A stretch of 64,000 nucleotides of DNA, taken from the IMG/VR virus record IMGVR_UViG_3300020050_015887, positions 20,501 to 84,500 of that record. The stretch is one strand, 5' to 3'. This DNA is from a virus. Taxonomy: Duplodnaviria > Caudoviricetes. Shown here piece by piece: positions 38,726-48,579 of the stretch. The stretch's first letter is position 1. Each line of letters opens with the position of its first letter. The position numbers and the translations under genes were made by a program. Under the pieces are notes generated by a model. That model did not search any database. It saw only the letters and a program-made list of their open reading frames with translations, and was not told the origin of the DNA.

Positions 38726-39013
38726 TTATTCTTCAGTGACAATTACCAATTCATACTTAAGTGATTCAGGAACATTGCGTGGCTTTTGTCCTTCTTTCAC
38801 TGGTCGCTTACGGGGATCTTGAAGTTGGATCGCACCGTTAACAACATCCAACACCTTATCACCCTTAGCGTTCTTCACCATGATTTTAACATCAAAATTA
38901 TAATCTTGGTTTTTATTTTTGTTATCACCCAATTGAGCATACGGGCCGAATTTACCTTCCCAGATATTACCAATTTTAGTGTATTTCTTTTTCTTTTTTA
39001 CTTCTTCAGACAT
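38726..39013 (-). CDS. Possible single-stranded DNA-binding protein
   Basis: Small beta-rich basic protein between ERF and primase-helicase; inference from position. Confidence 0.35.
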   Translation of the reverse strand: MSEEVKKKKKYTKIGNIWEGKFGPYAQLGDNKNKNQDYNFDVKIMVKNAKGDKVLDVVNGAIQLQDPRKRPVKEGQKPRNVPESLKYELVIVTEE

Positions 39014-39476
39014 TTTCTTTTTCTCCTGTTAAGTTATTTTCTTGAACATTTTCTTGCGGTTGTTCTTGAGTAGGAGCTTCTGTTTGTTGTTTTTCAAGCT
39101 CCGATGCTTGTTGAATGCTTTGAAAATTGGCGTACAATAACATCATATATTTAGATGTTAATAAATCATCACCAACTGAAAACACTGTTTTTTCTTCTTC
39201 AGAAGTAAACTTAAGTGCTTTTGTTTCTAAAGGATATAATACAAGGTTTTTTAATACTCGTTTAGCTTGTCGTGCAGTTAATACATTAACTGCCAGTTCA
39301 AACCGACTTGAGTATTGTTTAAATTTTAATGCTGCAATATCTTCCGGTGCCATTGCTTGATTTTGATTAACCTGTACATCTTGAGAATATACAGCGTCGG
39401 CACTAGTAGACACTACTTCTTGTGTTAGTTGTTGTTCGTTATCTGCCGGTACTAATACTTGTTCTTCGTTTACCAT
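39006..39476 (-). CDS. Hypothetical protein
   Basis: 156 aa, Q/E-rich termini. Confidence 0.55.
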   Translation of the reverse strand: MVNEEQVLVPADNEQQLTQEVVSTSADAVYSQDVQVNQNQAMAPEDIAALKFKQYSSRFELAVNVLTARQAKRVLKNLVLYPLETKALKFTSEEEKTVFSVGDDLLTSKYMMLLYANFQSIQQASELEKQQTEAPTQEQPQENVQENNLTGEKENV

Positions 39477-40120
39477 TCTTCACCTTTATTTTCTTGCACT
39501 GGAGTTAGGGGTTCCGGTTGAATTGCTGTTGGTAATGGTTGTTTTTTAAAAGAAGAAACAGGCTTAGTTTCTTGTTTAACTGGTGGTGCTTTAATTGTAG
39601 CAGATGCTAGGCTACCATCATCATCTTCACTAGGAATGAACATCAATGATTGTAGGCTATAGCGTCTAGCATAGCTAATTGCACTACCGTAGTCTTGCAT
39701 GTTTTTAGGTGTAAGCAAACGCATACGAGAAGTAAGTGTTTCACCAGATTCAGCATGAATCAATTGAGTTTCAACGTATTCACCAGTGGTGTCTGATACA
39801 ACAGGTTGAGTAACTACAATTCCTGCATTATTAAGTGCATCTTTACAAGCTTCCATTACACTACCAAGGGTAGCATAGTTACTTTTAAAGAAAGGGTTCT
39901 TTGCGTCTTTTACTGCTGCACCAATATTACGTTGTGCAGTTAGTAGTGCTTTAGCAATGTTTTTCACCGATACTACTCCTAATTGTGGGATACTACTTTG
40001 CGGAATAAATGTCCAAGGTGTTGTGCTTGGATCAAGAAACACGCTGTTTGTTTGTTGTGTTGCACTACCTTGTGTACCATTAAATTCTTTATCCCAATCA
40101 TATTTATTATTTTCTGCCAT
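39470..40120 (-). CDS. erf: ERF-family single-strand annealing protein
   Basis: NPFFKSNYATL; QDYGSAISYARRYSL; EDDDG. Confidence 0.9.
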   Translation of the reverse strand: MAENNKYDWDKEFNGTQGSATQQTNSVFLDPSTTPWTFIPQSSIPQLGVVSVKNIAKALLTAQRNIGAAVKDAKNPFFKSNYATLGSVMEACKDALNNAGIVVTQPVVSDTTGEYVETQLIHAESGETLTSRMRLLTPKNMQDYGSAISYARRYSLQSLMFIPSEDDDGSLASATIKAPPVKQETKPVSSFKKQPLPTAIQPEPLTPVQENKGEEW

Positions 40121-40132
40121 ATTTTCCTTTAA

Positions 40133-40402
40133 TTATTTTTGACAAGACACCTTAACTAAATTGTTTGAAGACACTAATTCATAACCTAATCCACCTTTAA
40201 AGAAAGAACTAGGATATGACAATTCAACTTCATATTTATTGGGAATAAAATGAACTTTATAAATTTGATTATAACCTAATGTACGTACACAATCTCCAAT
40301 TTTATACGTGTTGTTGTTAGATTGATATGCTTGAAAAAGCATTCCAGATACAAATGTTATTGTTAATACTAACACGCCACTAACATTATACAAAAAATTC
40401 AT
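40133..40402 (-). CDS. Membrane-anchored small protein, SH3-like
   Basis: N-terminal hydrophobic segment; YKIGDCVR. Confidence 0.45.
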   Translation of the reverse strand: MNFLYNVSGVLVLTITFVSGMLFQAYQSNNNTYKIGDCVRTLGYNQIYKVHFIPNKYEVELSYPSSFFKGGLGYELVSSNNLVKVSCQK

Positions 40403-40473
40403 TTAATCTCCAGACAAAAACAAATATACAGAGGTAAACGTAAAACCAATAAGAAACCCAATAACAAAGTAAC

Positions 40474-40740
40474 TCATTTAAGTAATTCCTTTCCAAGAAC
40501 AATTTTAAAACGTTCCTGGGCTTCCAAAACAGTGTCACCCGCTTTGCTAAATTCTACAACACCAACATCACCCGTTGATGGATTAAATTTAATCCTAACA
40601 AGTTGCCAAGAACTACCAACTTTAACAATACTGTAAGCAGTGTTTTTCATTTCTGCTACAACCTTGGCTTCTTGATGAATAACTTCTACAGATTTATCCT
40701 CAATCTTGGGACGACCTGGTTTCTTCTTCACTTGTTCCAT
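40474..40740 (-). CDS. Hypothetical protein with AT-hook-like motif
   Basis: KKKPGRPK. Confidence 0.5.
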   Translation of the reverse strand: MEQVKKKPGRPKIEDKSVEVIHQEAKVVAEMKNTAYSIVKVGSSWQLVRIKFNPSTGDVGVVEFSKAGDTVLEAQERFKIVLGKELLK

Positions 40741-40936
40741 TATCCGTTCCTTTAATTTGTTCTCTCATTTTATCAAGTTTTGATGATAAAAGCAAGTTTA
40801 AAGTTTGTTGTATCAAAAATAATATAATTAATAGTTGTAGATGTAGTTCTGAAGTTTTATAAACTAGATGCAATAATACGCCAATCATAGCATATCTACT
40901 AAGAATATACAAAATGTTATTTAATAACAAAGTCAT
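40700..40936 (-). CDS. Small membrane protein
   Basis: Two hydrophobic stretches. Confidence 0.4.
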   Translation of the reverse strand: MTLLLNNILYILSRYAMIGVLLHLVYKTSELHLQLLIILFLIQQTLNLLLSSKLDKMREQIKGTDNGTSEEETRSSQD

Positions 40937-41043
40937 TAATATGCTCCTTGTAACACCATTACACTAATCCAAAATAACACACTAAATAAAACCATATAAC
41001 CAATTGGGTGCATTGTTTCTTGTTTTTTAATTTTATTTTTCAT
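40936..41043 (-). CDS. 35-aa membrane peptide (not in ORF track)
   Basis: MKNKIKKQETMHPIGYMVLFSVLFWISVMVLQGAY; ATG 6 nt after a TATAAT. Confidence 0.45.
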   Translation of the reverse strand: MKNKIKKQETMHPIGYMVLFSVLFWISVMVLQGAY

Positions 41044-41049
41044 GCTTTT

Positions 41050-41078
41050 ATTATACCTTATTATATTAATAAAGTCTA
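41050..41078 (-). promoter_or_regulatory. sigma70 promoter, leaderless geometry
   Basis: TAGACT-17-TATAAT-6 nt-ATG. Confidence 0.55.
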
Positions 41079-41303
41079 CCTCTGTTTTCCACACTCCGCG
41101 TAATAACCGTTAGTCGTGACCTTAAAGAATCGTATAAGGCAAGGTGAACGTTTGTAATGAACAGAACACCTAGACCTAGCACTTAAATAGCTTTTTTGGT
41201 CCATTGTATTCCATTTACTGCCGTCTTTTATGATGATTTGAGGGGTAGGACAGGAGGTAGCTAAAGCAATGCCGTAAAACGCATTTAAAAGCAAATTATT
41301 CAT
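41076..41303 (-). CDS. Small secreted Cys-rich protein
   Basis: Signal-like N-terminus, four Cys. Confidence 0.5.
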   Translation of the reverse strand: MNNLLLNAFYGIALATSCPTPQIIIKDGSKWNTMDQKSYLSARSRCSVHYKRSPCLIRFFKVTTNGYYAECGKQR

Positions 41304-41311
41304 TATAAGCT

Positions 41312-41340
41312 ATTTTATCATTCTTTGCTTTACGGGTCAA
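41312..41340 (-). promoter_or_regulatory. sigma70 promoter
   Basis: TTGACC-17-TAAAAT, 8 nt before ATG 41303. Confidence 0.6.
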
Positions 41341-41413
41341 TTCCTTTTTACGGTCTTTAAATACAATAACACCTTTAGATGAGATGGGTTTACGTATTAA
41401 CTCATGGGCTTGT

Positions 41414-42535
41414 TTAGGAAGTTTCTTTTTTTTCATTGGACATGTCCTTTAAACCCTCATTGCTATTATAGTAACACTTATTGTAAAAAGTGCATTTTCC
41501 GTACCCGGTTATACAACTGTTTAGGTTTCTATTATACACCTTATTCTTCATTGCTACGTTAATATGGTCAAAGTTTTCTAATACAATTTCTTCTGTACGT
41601 GCGGGTATTTCGTTAATTAACACTTGTACTCTAACTTCAGGGTTAATGGTTTCTGTCCACTCACCTTCACAGCGGGTTGGTTTACCTTTTGCATTAACGC
41701 CCACTTCATTATTGCAACTCTTAAAGCGTGTACCACTACCATCAAACCCACACTTCTGACAAATTTTGGTACGGTTTTTTACCACTTGTTTATTAAACAC
41801 AAAAAACCCAGCTAGTCTGGTTTTAAACTCATCACTTAAAATATGAGTGTATAAGCTAAGTTGTGGCGACCGCAATACCTCATCTGCATCATAATCCCTA
41901 GTGCTAGTTTTCCAATCAGCAATAATGGGCAATGTATACCCTTTATATTCAAATACAATATCTACATAACCAATAACACTATCACCCTCAGAATTTTCTA
42001 ATTTTACATATTTTTGAACAGCATGAACTTTAGTGATATTAGGGATAATTTTAGTTTCTAAAGCATCAATCATTAGGTGTCCTTTTCTAAATAAGGATAA
42101 CCAAATTAAATGATTGTATCTTTCTTGTTCTTCTTTTTCTAAGTTATCGTATCCAAACTCATTACGTTTTTCGGTTAACATGTAATGATCTTCTAATACA
42201 TTAGTGAGATTGTATTTTGTTTGGTGTGTGTTAATATCTTCTGGTAACAACAGTTCTTCGTCAAAATCAGTTTTTGAATAGGCAATTTCAGTGCATGTCG
42301 GTAGGTATGTTTTAGTTTTATTAATATCTTGGAAGCGCCAAAAATAATTAAAGGTGTCCTTTGGTTTTTTTGTGGGATCTTTAAACCGTGTAGTAAAAGC
42401 CTGGTCAATTGCCGTACCAAATAATAATCCCGCGCCTGTAGTTTTAGCCCTAAGTTTATCTACGTAATGGTATTTCCATTTTGTGGGACATTCCATCCAC
42501 TTTTGGGTAGAGGAATGTGAAATAATATTAGACAT
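41414..42535 (-). CDS. PD-(D/E)XK (RecB/Cas4-like) exonuclease with Zn-ribbon insert
   Basis: SHSSTQKWMECP; GYVDIV; IADWKT; QLSLY; CQKC..C. Confidence 0.85.
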   Translation of the reverse strand: MSNIISHSSTQKWMECPTKWKYHYVDKLRAKTTGAGLLFGTAIDQAFTTRFKDPTKKPKDTFNYFWRFQDINKTKTYLPTCTEIAYSKTDFDEELLLPEDINTHQTKYNLTNVLEDHYMLTEKRNEFGYDNLEKEEQERYNHLIWLSLFRKGHLMIDALETKIIPNITKVHAVQKYVKLENSEGDSVIGYVDIVFEYKGYTLPIIADWKTSTRDYDADEVLRSPQLSLYTHILSDEFKTRLAGFFVFNKQVVKNRTKICQKCGFDGSGTRFKSCNNEVGVNAKGKPTRCEGEWTETINPEVRVQVLINEIPARTEEIVLENFDHINVAMKNKVYNRNLNSCITGYGKCTFYNKCYYNSNEGLKDMSNEKKETS

Positions 42536-43346
42536 ATGTCCACGTATATCCTAAATAAGTTGCTTGTTGTTTACATAATCTAGATATTTTATTTCTAGAT
42601 ACTTTTTCTTTTTTATGCGCCACAAACAACGATGAATAAATAATTTCATCTTGTTGGTTGTATTTTTTAATTCTTATTGGTGTTTTAAATTTTTTTAAAG
42701 GTTGATTTTTGTAATGAAATACATAATTACGACATTTTAAAGATTGTCCCGTTAAACTATTACTAATTGAATCTAAAGGTATGTTTAATTTTAAAGAAGC
42801 TTCTTTTAAACTAGAATAATGTTGTTTTTCTAAAGAAAATACATTGATTGAATAAATAGGTTTTAATTTTGGGTGTTTAAATCCGTTTTTATATTTATTT
42901 TTCAAAGTGTAACTTTGACGTTCACGCTGTTCTTTAGTTTTTTTAATTCCTTTAACTGAACCAACATAAGGTAATAATTGTTTTGGTATTACACCTTTTT
43001 TAGGAATGTACCTTTTAACAAACTTATATCCCTTTTTATTACCATCACCACCGTCTTGTAAATTAGTTAATTTAATATTATTATCTCTAAAAAATTTAAT
43101 AAAATATTTTTCTTGTTCTAATAAGAAATTTTCATCTTCACTTTCAATCAAAGATTTAATTAAGGGGATTTGAGGTGAAATGTGTTTAATCCAACTTTCG
43201 TTTTTATTTAATTTTTTCTTCTTTTTACTGTTAGAAATGTGACAAGCAAGTCGTTGTTTTAAAGAACCCATTGTTTTACCCACATATTTTATAATGTGAG
43301 TATCAGGATTTAATAATACGTAAACATAACCTATAGACATTACCAA
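42528..43346 (-). mobile_element. GIY-YIG homing endonuclease gene with NUMOD repeats
   Basis: GYVYVL..YVGKT..R...H; LTNLQDGGDG; YSSLKEASLKL. Confidence 0.85.
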
Positions 43347-44032
43347 CTTTCATTAAAAGGGTCTGGTTTAGTGGGTGCAGCGCCGTCTGAAAATAAATCA
43401 TCAAGGAACGTGTCTACTTTTTTGTTAATAAGTTCATTTTTTAATTCAACATAAGTAAACATAGTTTTTTGAACTTCAGTTACACTTAAAGGTTTTGATA
43501 TTTGTTTTGTAATCGGCTTGGCGGGATAAAACATACCTTTACGTAACATATACTTATTTAATAAAATACTTAAATTTGTTTTTAGTTCTATTCTAATTTC
43601 TTCCCATATATCAGTTAAAAACTGTTCATTAGCTAACACAACTTTATCACCAAACGTATAATAATGTTTAAATGGTAATGAAGAGTTAATAAAAGCAACC
43701 AAATTACTATGATTTGAAAGAATTTTATTAGTTAAAATTTCTTTTAATTTGTGTTTATCAATTTGTTTTGTTTCAATGTTGTTGTTTTTAATATATTCTT
43801 GCATTCGTTTTTTAATTGTTGCCGGTAAATATATTGATAAGAAACAATCATCATTTTGAGTTAATTGATAATACCACCAATGTTCAACAGAAGGAAAATG
43901 CTCATCATTATATACAAATGAAAAATAAGCAAAATTGGACATATATCTACCTAAGCAAGTTTGTCCTTTACTATAAATATTAATATGGTCAACACCGTCT
44001 TTATTTGGGTCAATCATCTTTATCCTCAACAA
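43340..44032 (-). CDS. NADAR-family (T4 gp30.3-like) protein with a tag-like helix near the C-terminus
   Basis: DGVDHINIYSKGQT..GRYMSNF; FPSVEHWW; INKKVDTFLDDLF. Confidence 0.7.
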   Translation of the reverse strand: MLRIKMIDPNKDGVDHINIYSKGQTCLGRYMSNFAYFSFVYNDEHFPSVEHWWYYQLTQNDDCFLSIYLPATIKKRMQEYIKNNNIETKQIDKHKLKEILTNKILSNHSNLVAFINSSLPFKHYYTFGDKVVLANEQFLTDIWEEIRIELKTNLSILLNKYMLRKGMFYPAKPITKQISKPLSVTEVQKTMFTYVELKNELINKKVDTFLDDLFSDGAAPTKPDPFNESW

Positions 44033-44246
44033 TTGAATCTACAACACTATTTATGTTCTCTTTTAATTCATACTTTTGAATACTTTGTAATAAATCTTCT
44101 TTAGTTGTGTTAATCTGCCAACAAGCTAATTTATTACTAAAAGTAATTGTTACTTTAGAATCTCTAATATAACCGTAAAAATAAAAAACATTTACAAATA
44201 CACTACCATCATTACACATAACACTCATTGTAAAATCAGAAATCAT
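44010..44246 (-). CDS. C-terminal-tag family small protein
   Basis: Ends INSVVDSIVEDKDD. Confidence 0.6.
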   Translation of the reverse strand: MISDFTMSVMCNDGSVFVNVFYFYGYIRDSKVTITFSNKLACWQINTTKEDLLQSIQKYELKENINSVVDSIVEDKDD

Positions 44247-44740
44247 TGATTCATTCTAGATAAAGCTGCCCTTTTTTGTTTTCTGTTTAACGAATCTATA
44301 AACGTTTTTTGATTTAAATGTTCAATTTCGTGTTGCATAACTACGGCTTCTAAACCATAAGCAACAACGGTAAACTCTTCACCGTGTCGGTTTTGAGCTT
44401 TAACTGTCACTTGTAAACTTCTAGGAAGCTTTAAATACAAGCCGGGAAAAGATAAACACCCTTCATCAATTAATTGTGTTTCTTTTTCCTGTTCAATAAT
44501 AACAGGATTAATAAATTCTAAAATTTCTTTTTTGTTTTTGGCAAAGTTATTAACGTTTAAAGAAATAAATACATTTTTATCACTACCCACTTGTGTTGCA
44601 GCTAAACCCATACCATTACTATCAAACATAATAAGTTTCATTTCATCAAGTAATGTATGAAGTTCTTGATTAAACTCTGTTACATTTTGAGTTTTAACAG
44701 TAAGATTATCGTTTGGATATGTAATTAAACTGTATTTCAT
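44243..44740 (-). CDS. def: Peptide deformylase
   Basis: GMGLAATQVG, EGCLS, QHEIEHL; ATG 44740 (MKYSLITYP). Confidence 0.92.
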   Translation of the reverse strand: MKYSLITYPNDNLTVKTQNVTEFNQELHTLLDEMKLIMFDSNGMGLAATQVGSDKNVFISLNVNNFAKNKKEILEFINPVIIEQEKETQLIDEGCLSFPGLYLKLPRSLQVTVKAQNRHGEEFTVVAYGLEAVVMQHEIEHLNQKTFIDSLNRKQKRAALSRMNQ

Positions 44741-44795
44741 TTTTCGCTTTTTCCCAGCATCCAATTCCAGCAACACGGCTCTTGATAACAGAACA

Positions 44796-45203
44796 TTATT
44801 GCAACTCACCATTAGCATTAATGGTAAAATAACAAAAACGACCATCTGTTGTTGCATAATTACCAGGACCAAGTTTTGTTAAATGGATTTTTGTGCCCGA
44901 TGCATATACAGCATACAAAATATTATCAATTTTCATAAGCAACTCAGGGTGTGCAACTACAATTGCAGGGCATGGGTCAACAAACTCAACTACACTACCA
45001 TCCAACCCATCACTGCCGTCAATACCGTTGGCAACAAAGGTTGAAGAACCATCTGGGCAGTTAATATAAGATCCTAAACTGTTAGAGCTTACAGTGCATG
45101 GCGCAGCGTTTGCTCCGTCACGCGGATGCAATCTACCACATGAACTAATAACTACAAACATACTCAAAACAAGCAATACAGAACTTAAAAATACTAATCG
45201 CAT
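44796..45203 (-). CDS. Lipoprotein with short collagen-like stretch
   Basis: Lipobox-like VISSC; NGIDGSDGLDG. Confidence 0.6.
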   Translation of the reverse strand: MRLVFLSSVLLVLSMFVVISSCGRLHPRDGANAAPCTVSSNSLGSYINCPDGSSTFVANGIDGSDGLDGSVVEFVDPCPAIVVAHPELLMKIDNILYAVYASGTKIHLTKLGPGNYATTDGRFCYFTINANGELQ

Positions 45204-45225
45204 ATATATCTCCTATTTATACTTC

Positions 45226-45254
45226 ATTATACTACACTTTACCAACCATGTCAA
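45226..45254 (-). promoter_or_regulatory. Perfect consensus sigma70 promoter
   Basis: TTGACA-17-TATAAT; AGGAG SD downstream. Confidence 0.8.
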
Positions 45255-45489
45255 TTAACTCTTGAACTGTTTTATTAAACTGAATTCTAATGTTAACGCT
45301 TGGTATTAATAAGTGACTTTCCCACACGGCGTTATCGTTAATTTGCTCATATTGAATGTATTCTTTTCTAGGTTTGTGTTTATTATCGGTAAAACACAAT
45401 AGCCTAAAGGTGCAAGTATTTAATGTTTCATTGGGTGAACATTCTTTATCTAAAAACTGTAGAAATTCTTGTTTTTGTTCTTTTGTCAT
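45232..45489 (-). CDS. Small protein with weaker tag-like C-terminus
   Basis: Ends FNKTVQELIDMVGKV; last codons also encode the promoter. Confidence 0.55.
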   Translation of the reverse strand: MTKEQKQEFLQFLDKECSPNETLNTCTFRLLCFTDNKHKPRKEYIQYEQINDNAVWESHLLIPSVNIRIQFNKTVQELIDMVGKV

Positions 45490-45628
45490 TAGTATTGTTG
45501 TTTTGGTAAAGGTTTTGTTGTGTCAATTTCAATTGTAGGTTGTGGTTTAAACTCTGGCTGATACTCAGTTTCTAGTTGTTTTAATAGTAATGCAATTACC
45601 AGCATACACAATAAAAAATACAGTGGTT

Positions 45629-45892
45629 TCATTTAGTTTCTTTCTTAATTTGTTCACCAATACAATCGTGCAACGTTGCTTTGACGTAGGATTCGGCTTG
45701 TTTAAAGTTAAGTTTTTTTACGCCCCAGTATTCTTCCGCCACTTGATATGGTTCATCGTAAAGCTTATCTAAACAATTGTTCTCAGCTACATGGTAGGCT
45801 TTATATATAAATTCTTTACGTATTTTTGGAATAAACATAATACTAAGAGAGGAAAAGTATCCAATTAATGTAAAAAATACAATCTTTTTCAT
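45629..45892 (-). CDS. Hypothetical protein with N-terminal TM
   Basis: 87 aa. Confidence 0.5.
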   Translation of the reverse strand: MKKIVFFTLIGYFSSLSIMFIPKIRKEFIYKAYHVAENNCLDKLYDEPYQVAEEYWGVKKLNFKQAESYVKATLHDCIGEQIKKETK

Positions 45893-45893
45893 A

Positions 45894-46205
45894 TCAATCT
45901 CTTTTATCTACCGCAAAGGTTAGACTATAGACCGACGGTAATTTTTTTACTGGTACAAACGTCTTGTAATGAGCACCACAAGACTTAGTTAAACACGTTT
46001 CATGTTCTTCAACAGATAAGTTTGCACTACCATTATAATACAAAAGTTCTTGAGAAGTAAGTGTTTTCATAGCTTGTTGACGCAACTCAATTGATTTTTG
46101 TAATTTTTTACGTCTTAGGGCAACGAACATTGCTCCGCAATCTTTACATTTAACGTAATTTAGTTTACTTTTTGTTGGTTTTTTCTTTTTCATATTCTTT
46201 ACCAT
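45894..46205 (-). CDS. Zn-ribbon protein
   Basis: CKDC...CLTKSC. Confidence 0.55.
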   Translation of the reverse strand: MVKNMKKKKPTKSKLNYVKCKDCGAMFVALRRKKLQKSIELRQQAMKTLTSQELLYYNGSANLSVEEHETCLTKSCGAHYKTFVPVKKLPSVYSLTFAVDKRD

Positions 46206-46501
46206 TTGTTTTTATTATCACCAAAACGATTAATTAAAGACCAAACAATGTCTTGAGCCTGTTGATGTGCCAAGTTTTTATATTTGTTTGTATTAGAAAA
46301 CAAATTAAAAGGTTTAAGTTCTCCATGTGATTTAAGTTCATTTCCCATTAACCACACTAAAAACCCTTCAAGCTTCTTTTCATCAAAAGCTTTTTCAATT
46401 TCCATCATAGTGAGAGTATAGGCATCTTTTTCAACATCGTAAACAATTTTGTTTAAAGAATATTGTTTAGTGGCTTTGATAAGAGTGTTAAAGTTATTCA
46501 T
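46199..46501 (-). CDS. Hypothetical protein
   Basis: 100 aa in operon. Confidence 0.5.
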   Translation of the reverse strand: MNNFNTLIKATKQYSLNKIVYDVEKDAYTLTMMEIEKAFDEKKLEGFLVWLMGNELKSHGELKPFNLFSNTNKYKNLAHQQAQDIVWSLINRFGDNKNKW

Positions 46502-46509
46502 ACAATCCT

Positions 46510-46785
46510 CTAAGTTAAATCTAAAAACTTTAATATGTCTATTTCTTCTAGTATAATTATAACTGTTTCTATAGAAATATTCAAGTTATATTGTATTTCT
46601 TTTGTAACAACGTGTTCAATCGTTTCTTTAAACTGTTCTTTAATATCTTGATGGTATTCAACAGGTTCGGAAGACATAAAATTTTTATATTGAGTATAAT
46701 AATCTTGACATTGTTCAACAATAAACTTTTTGTTATGAGATAACCATTTAATTGTTGCGGTTTTCTCTTGTTCAAAACTATCCAT
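46510..46785 (-). CDS. Hypothetical protein
   Basis: 91 aa in operon. Confidence 0.5.
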   Translation of the reverse strand: MDSFEQEKTATIKWLSHNKKFIVEQCQDYYTQYKNFMSSEPVEYHQDIKEQFKETIEHVVTKEIQYNLNISIETVIIILEEIDILKFLDLT

Positions 46786-47038
46786 TAATAATATCCTCTA
46801 CACATCTATCAATTTGTTTTAGTTTAAAAAATTGCAATGTTCCTTCTAACCAACTTGGGTTTCTTATATAAAAACAATTATTTTCAATAACATCTTTTGC
46901 TATTTTCTCATATGTCCAAATGTGAGAATTTTTGGTTAACTCACTTATTTGTGCAATTTCTTCTGATGTAATACTTCCTTCATATTTTAATGAGGGTAAA
47001 TCTACAACAAATTTATGGATTATTTTTGACATATTCAT
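46778..47038 (-). CDS. C-terminal-tag family small protein
   Basis: Ends IDRCVEDIING. Confidence 0.6.
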   Translation of the reverse strand: MNMSKIIHKFVVDLPSLKYEGSITSEEIAQISELTKNSHIWTYEKIAKDVIENNCFYIRNPSWLEGTLQFFKLKQIDRCVEDIING

Positions 47039-47735
47039 TTACCGCCACAGCTGATGCCTGAGAAGTGCCAGACATACAAATATGTTTATAGCATTTATTA
47101 TTTCCATTTACAACAGTGGTTACAATTTTATTACCATAGTTTGAGTGTTTACTATAATTTCCAATAATGTGTAGATTTGGGTGTTTAATTCTTTTTTTAT
47201 AACAAGCGGGGTATGTATCACATTTTTCATTTAAGTTTAACCCTTCATTGCCTGCGGCTATAAAAACTTTTGTATTGTTGTTTAGTAATTCTCTAATAGT
47301 TTTTTCTTCAAGGCCGATGGTTGTGCCTCCGCTATAGCTCATATTAACAATGTCGGGTTTGTTAGTAACTAAATCAATTAAGGCCTTTTTATAGATATGT
47401 AAATTAAAATGAGCCATGGTAAACCCAATATTTAAATTTTGCATCTCTTCATAAAACCAACTAATTTGTTTTGTTTTTTCATAAAATATTTTCATCACTT
47501 GAATACAAACTTTTGTGGGGTCTAAGTCTTTAACGATTATACTAGCAATGTTTGTACCGTGGCCGTGGTCGTCGGTAAGAGATGTATAGGTATAGTCTTT
47601 ACTACCATCTTTGCAATAGTATTCTTTAAGGGTGTCTGGTGCAATACCAGTGTCAAGAATAGCAATTTTTAGGCGTGTCTCTGTTGCATACAAAGACAAG
47701 GGCAAGAACACAATTAATTTAAGTAAATTTTTCAA
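47013..47735 (-). CDS. Minimal secreted subtilisin-like (S8) serine protease
   Basis: Signal peptide; IAILDTG (D), GHGTNI (H), AAGN, SGTSQAS (S). Confidence 0.88.
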   Translation of the reverse strand: MKNLLKLIVFLPLSLYATETRLKIAILDTGIAPDTLKEYYCKDGSKDYTYTSLTDDHGHGTNIASIIVKDLDPTKVCIQVMKIFYEKTKQISWFYEEMQNLNIGFTMAHFNLHIYKKALIDLVTNKPDIVNMSYSGGTTIGLEEKTIRELLNNNTKVFIAAGNEGLNLNEKCDTYPACYKKRIKHPNLHIIGNYSKHSNYGNKIVTTVVNGNNKCYKHICMSGTSQASAVAVNEYVKNNP

Positions 47736-48129
47736 CTTTAATACCAGCCCGTTTAAGGATCGTTACGCCTTTTTTATAAACATATGAATTTAAGTATACC
47801 ACACGTTTAATATCTTTGTAATTAATAATATTCTTAGCGCACCCTTCACACGGTTGATGGGTAATATATAAAGTTTTATCTTGACCCTTGCTAGCCGGGT
47901 CCCTTAACAAGGTGTTAGTTTCCGCATGTAAGCAGCCACATTGTCCCGGTTTATTAGGGCCGGTACACCCGTTTTTTTGACCGCTTGCATTACCATTATA
48001 ACCAGTTGAACAAATATTTTTTGTTGAGTTAATAACTAAAACACTACCAACTTTCATTCTAGAACAAGTAGATCTAGAAGAAATGATTTTAGCTACCTCA
48101 ATAAACATTTGGTCAAATGATGGGCGCAT
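47719..48129 (-). CDS. dCMP deaminase-family protein
   Basis: RSTCSR..VG; TGYNG; LHAETN; QPCEGCAK. Confidence 0.9.
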   Translation of the reverse strand: MRPSFDQMFIEVAKIISSRSTCSRMKVGSVLVINSTKNICSTGYNGNASGQKNGCTGPNKPGQCGCLHAETNTLLRDPASKGQDKTLYITHQPCEGCAKNIINYKDIKRVVYLNSYVYKKGVTILKRAGIKVEKFT

Positions 48130-48131
48130 TT

Positions 48132-48422
48132 TTATGCAACGTTGGTTTTATCCAATTCAACAACAGGCTGTTCAACTTCGCGCACACGAGTTTCTTGTTG
48201 AAACAAGACACCCATACCAACCAACACATTCTTAATTTCTTTCATACGAGAGTGAGGATTGGTTACGGTGCGGGTTACTAAAACTTCTTGTGTGTTAAGG
48301 TCTACAATCTCATAAACGCCGGTTGTAGGGTTATCTAGCACTTGCACCATTTTTGAATTGGCAAGCATTCCCTTAGAAACCCGAACACCTTTATCATTCA
48401 TTGAATAACGAATTCTAATCAT
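48132..48422 (-). CDS. Hypothetical protein
   Basis: 96 aa. Confidence 0.55.
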   Translation of the reverse strand: MIRIRYSMNDKGVRVSKGMLANSKMVQVLDNPTTGVYEIVDLNTQEVLVTRTVTNPHSRMKEIKNVLVGMGVLFQQETRVREVEQPVVELDKTNVA

Positions 48423-48579
48423 AATAATACTTTCTATTTACACAGTTTTTCTAATCTATCAATTTTTTCTTCTAAAACATCAACTCTTATTTTCTTTATT
48501 ATACCCCATTTTAATAAAAAGTCAATCTGTTTTATTAAAAGAGCATTATAACCAATTACGATTATAAACAATATAATTA

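Noticed and set aside
41414-42535. Cas4 / anti-CRISPR locus
   Set aside because: Context beside ERF and replication genes fits an ordinary recombination exonuclease; no other cas genes.
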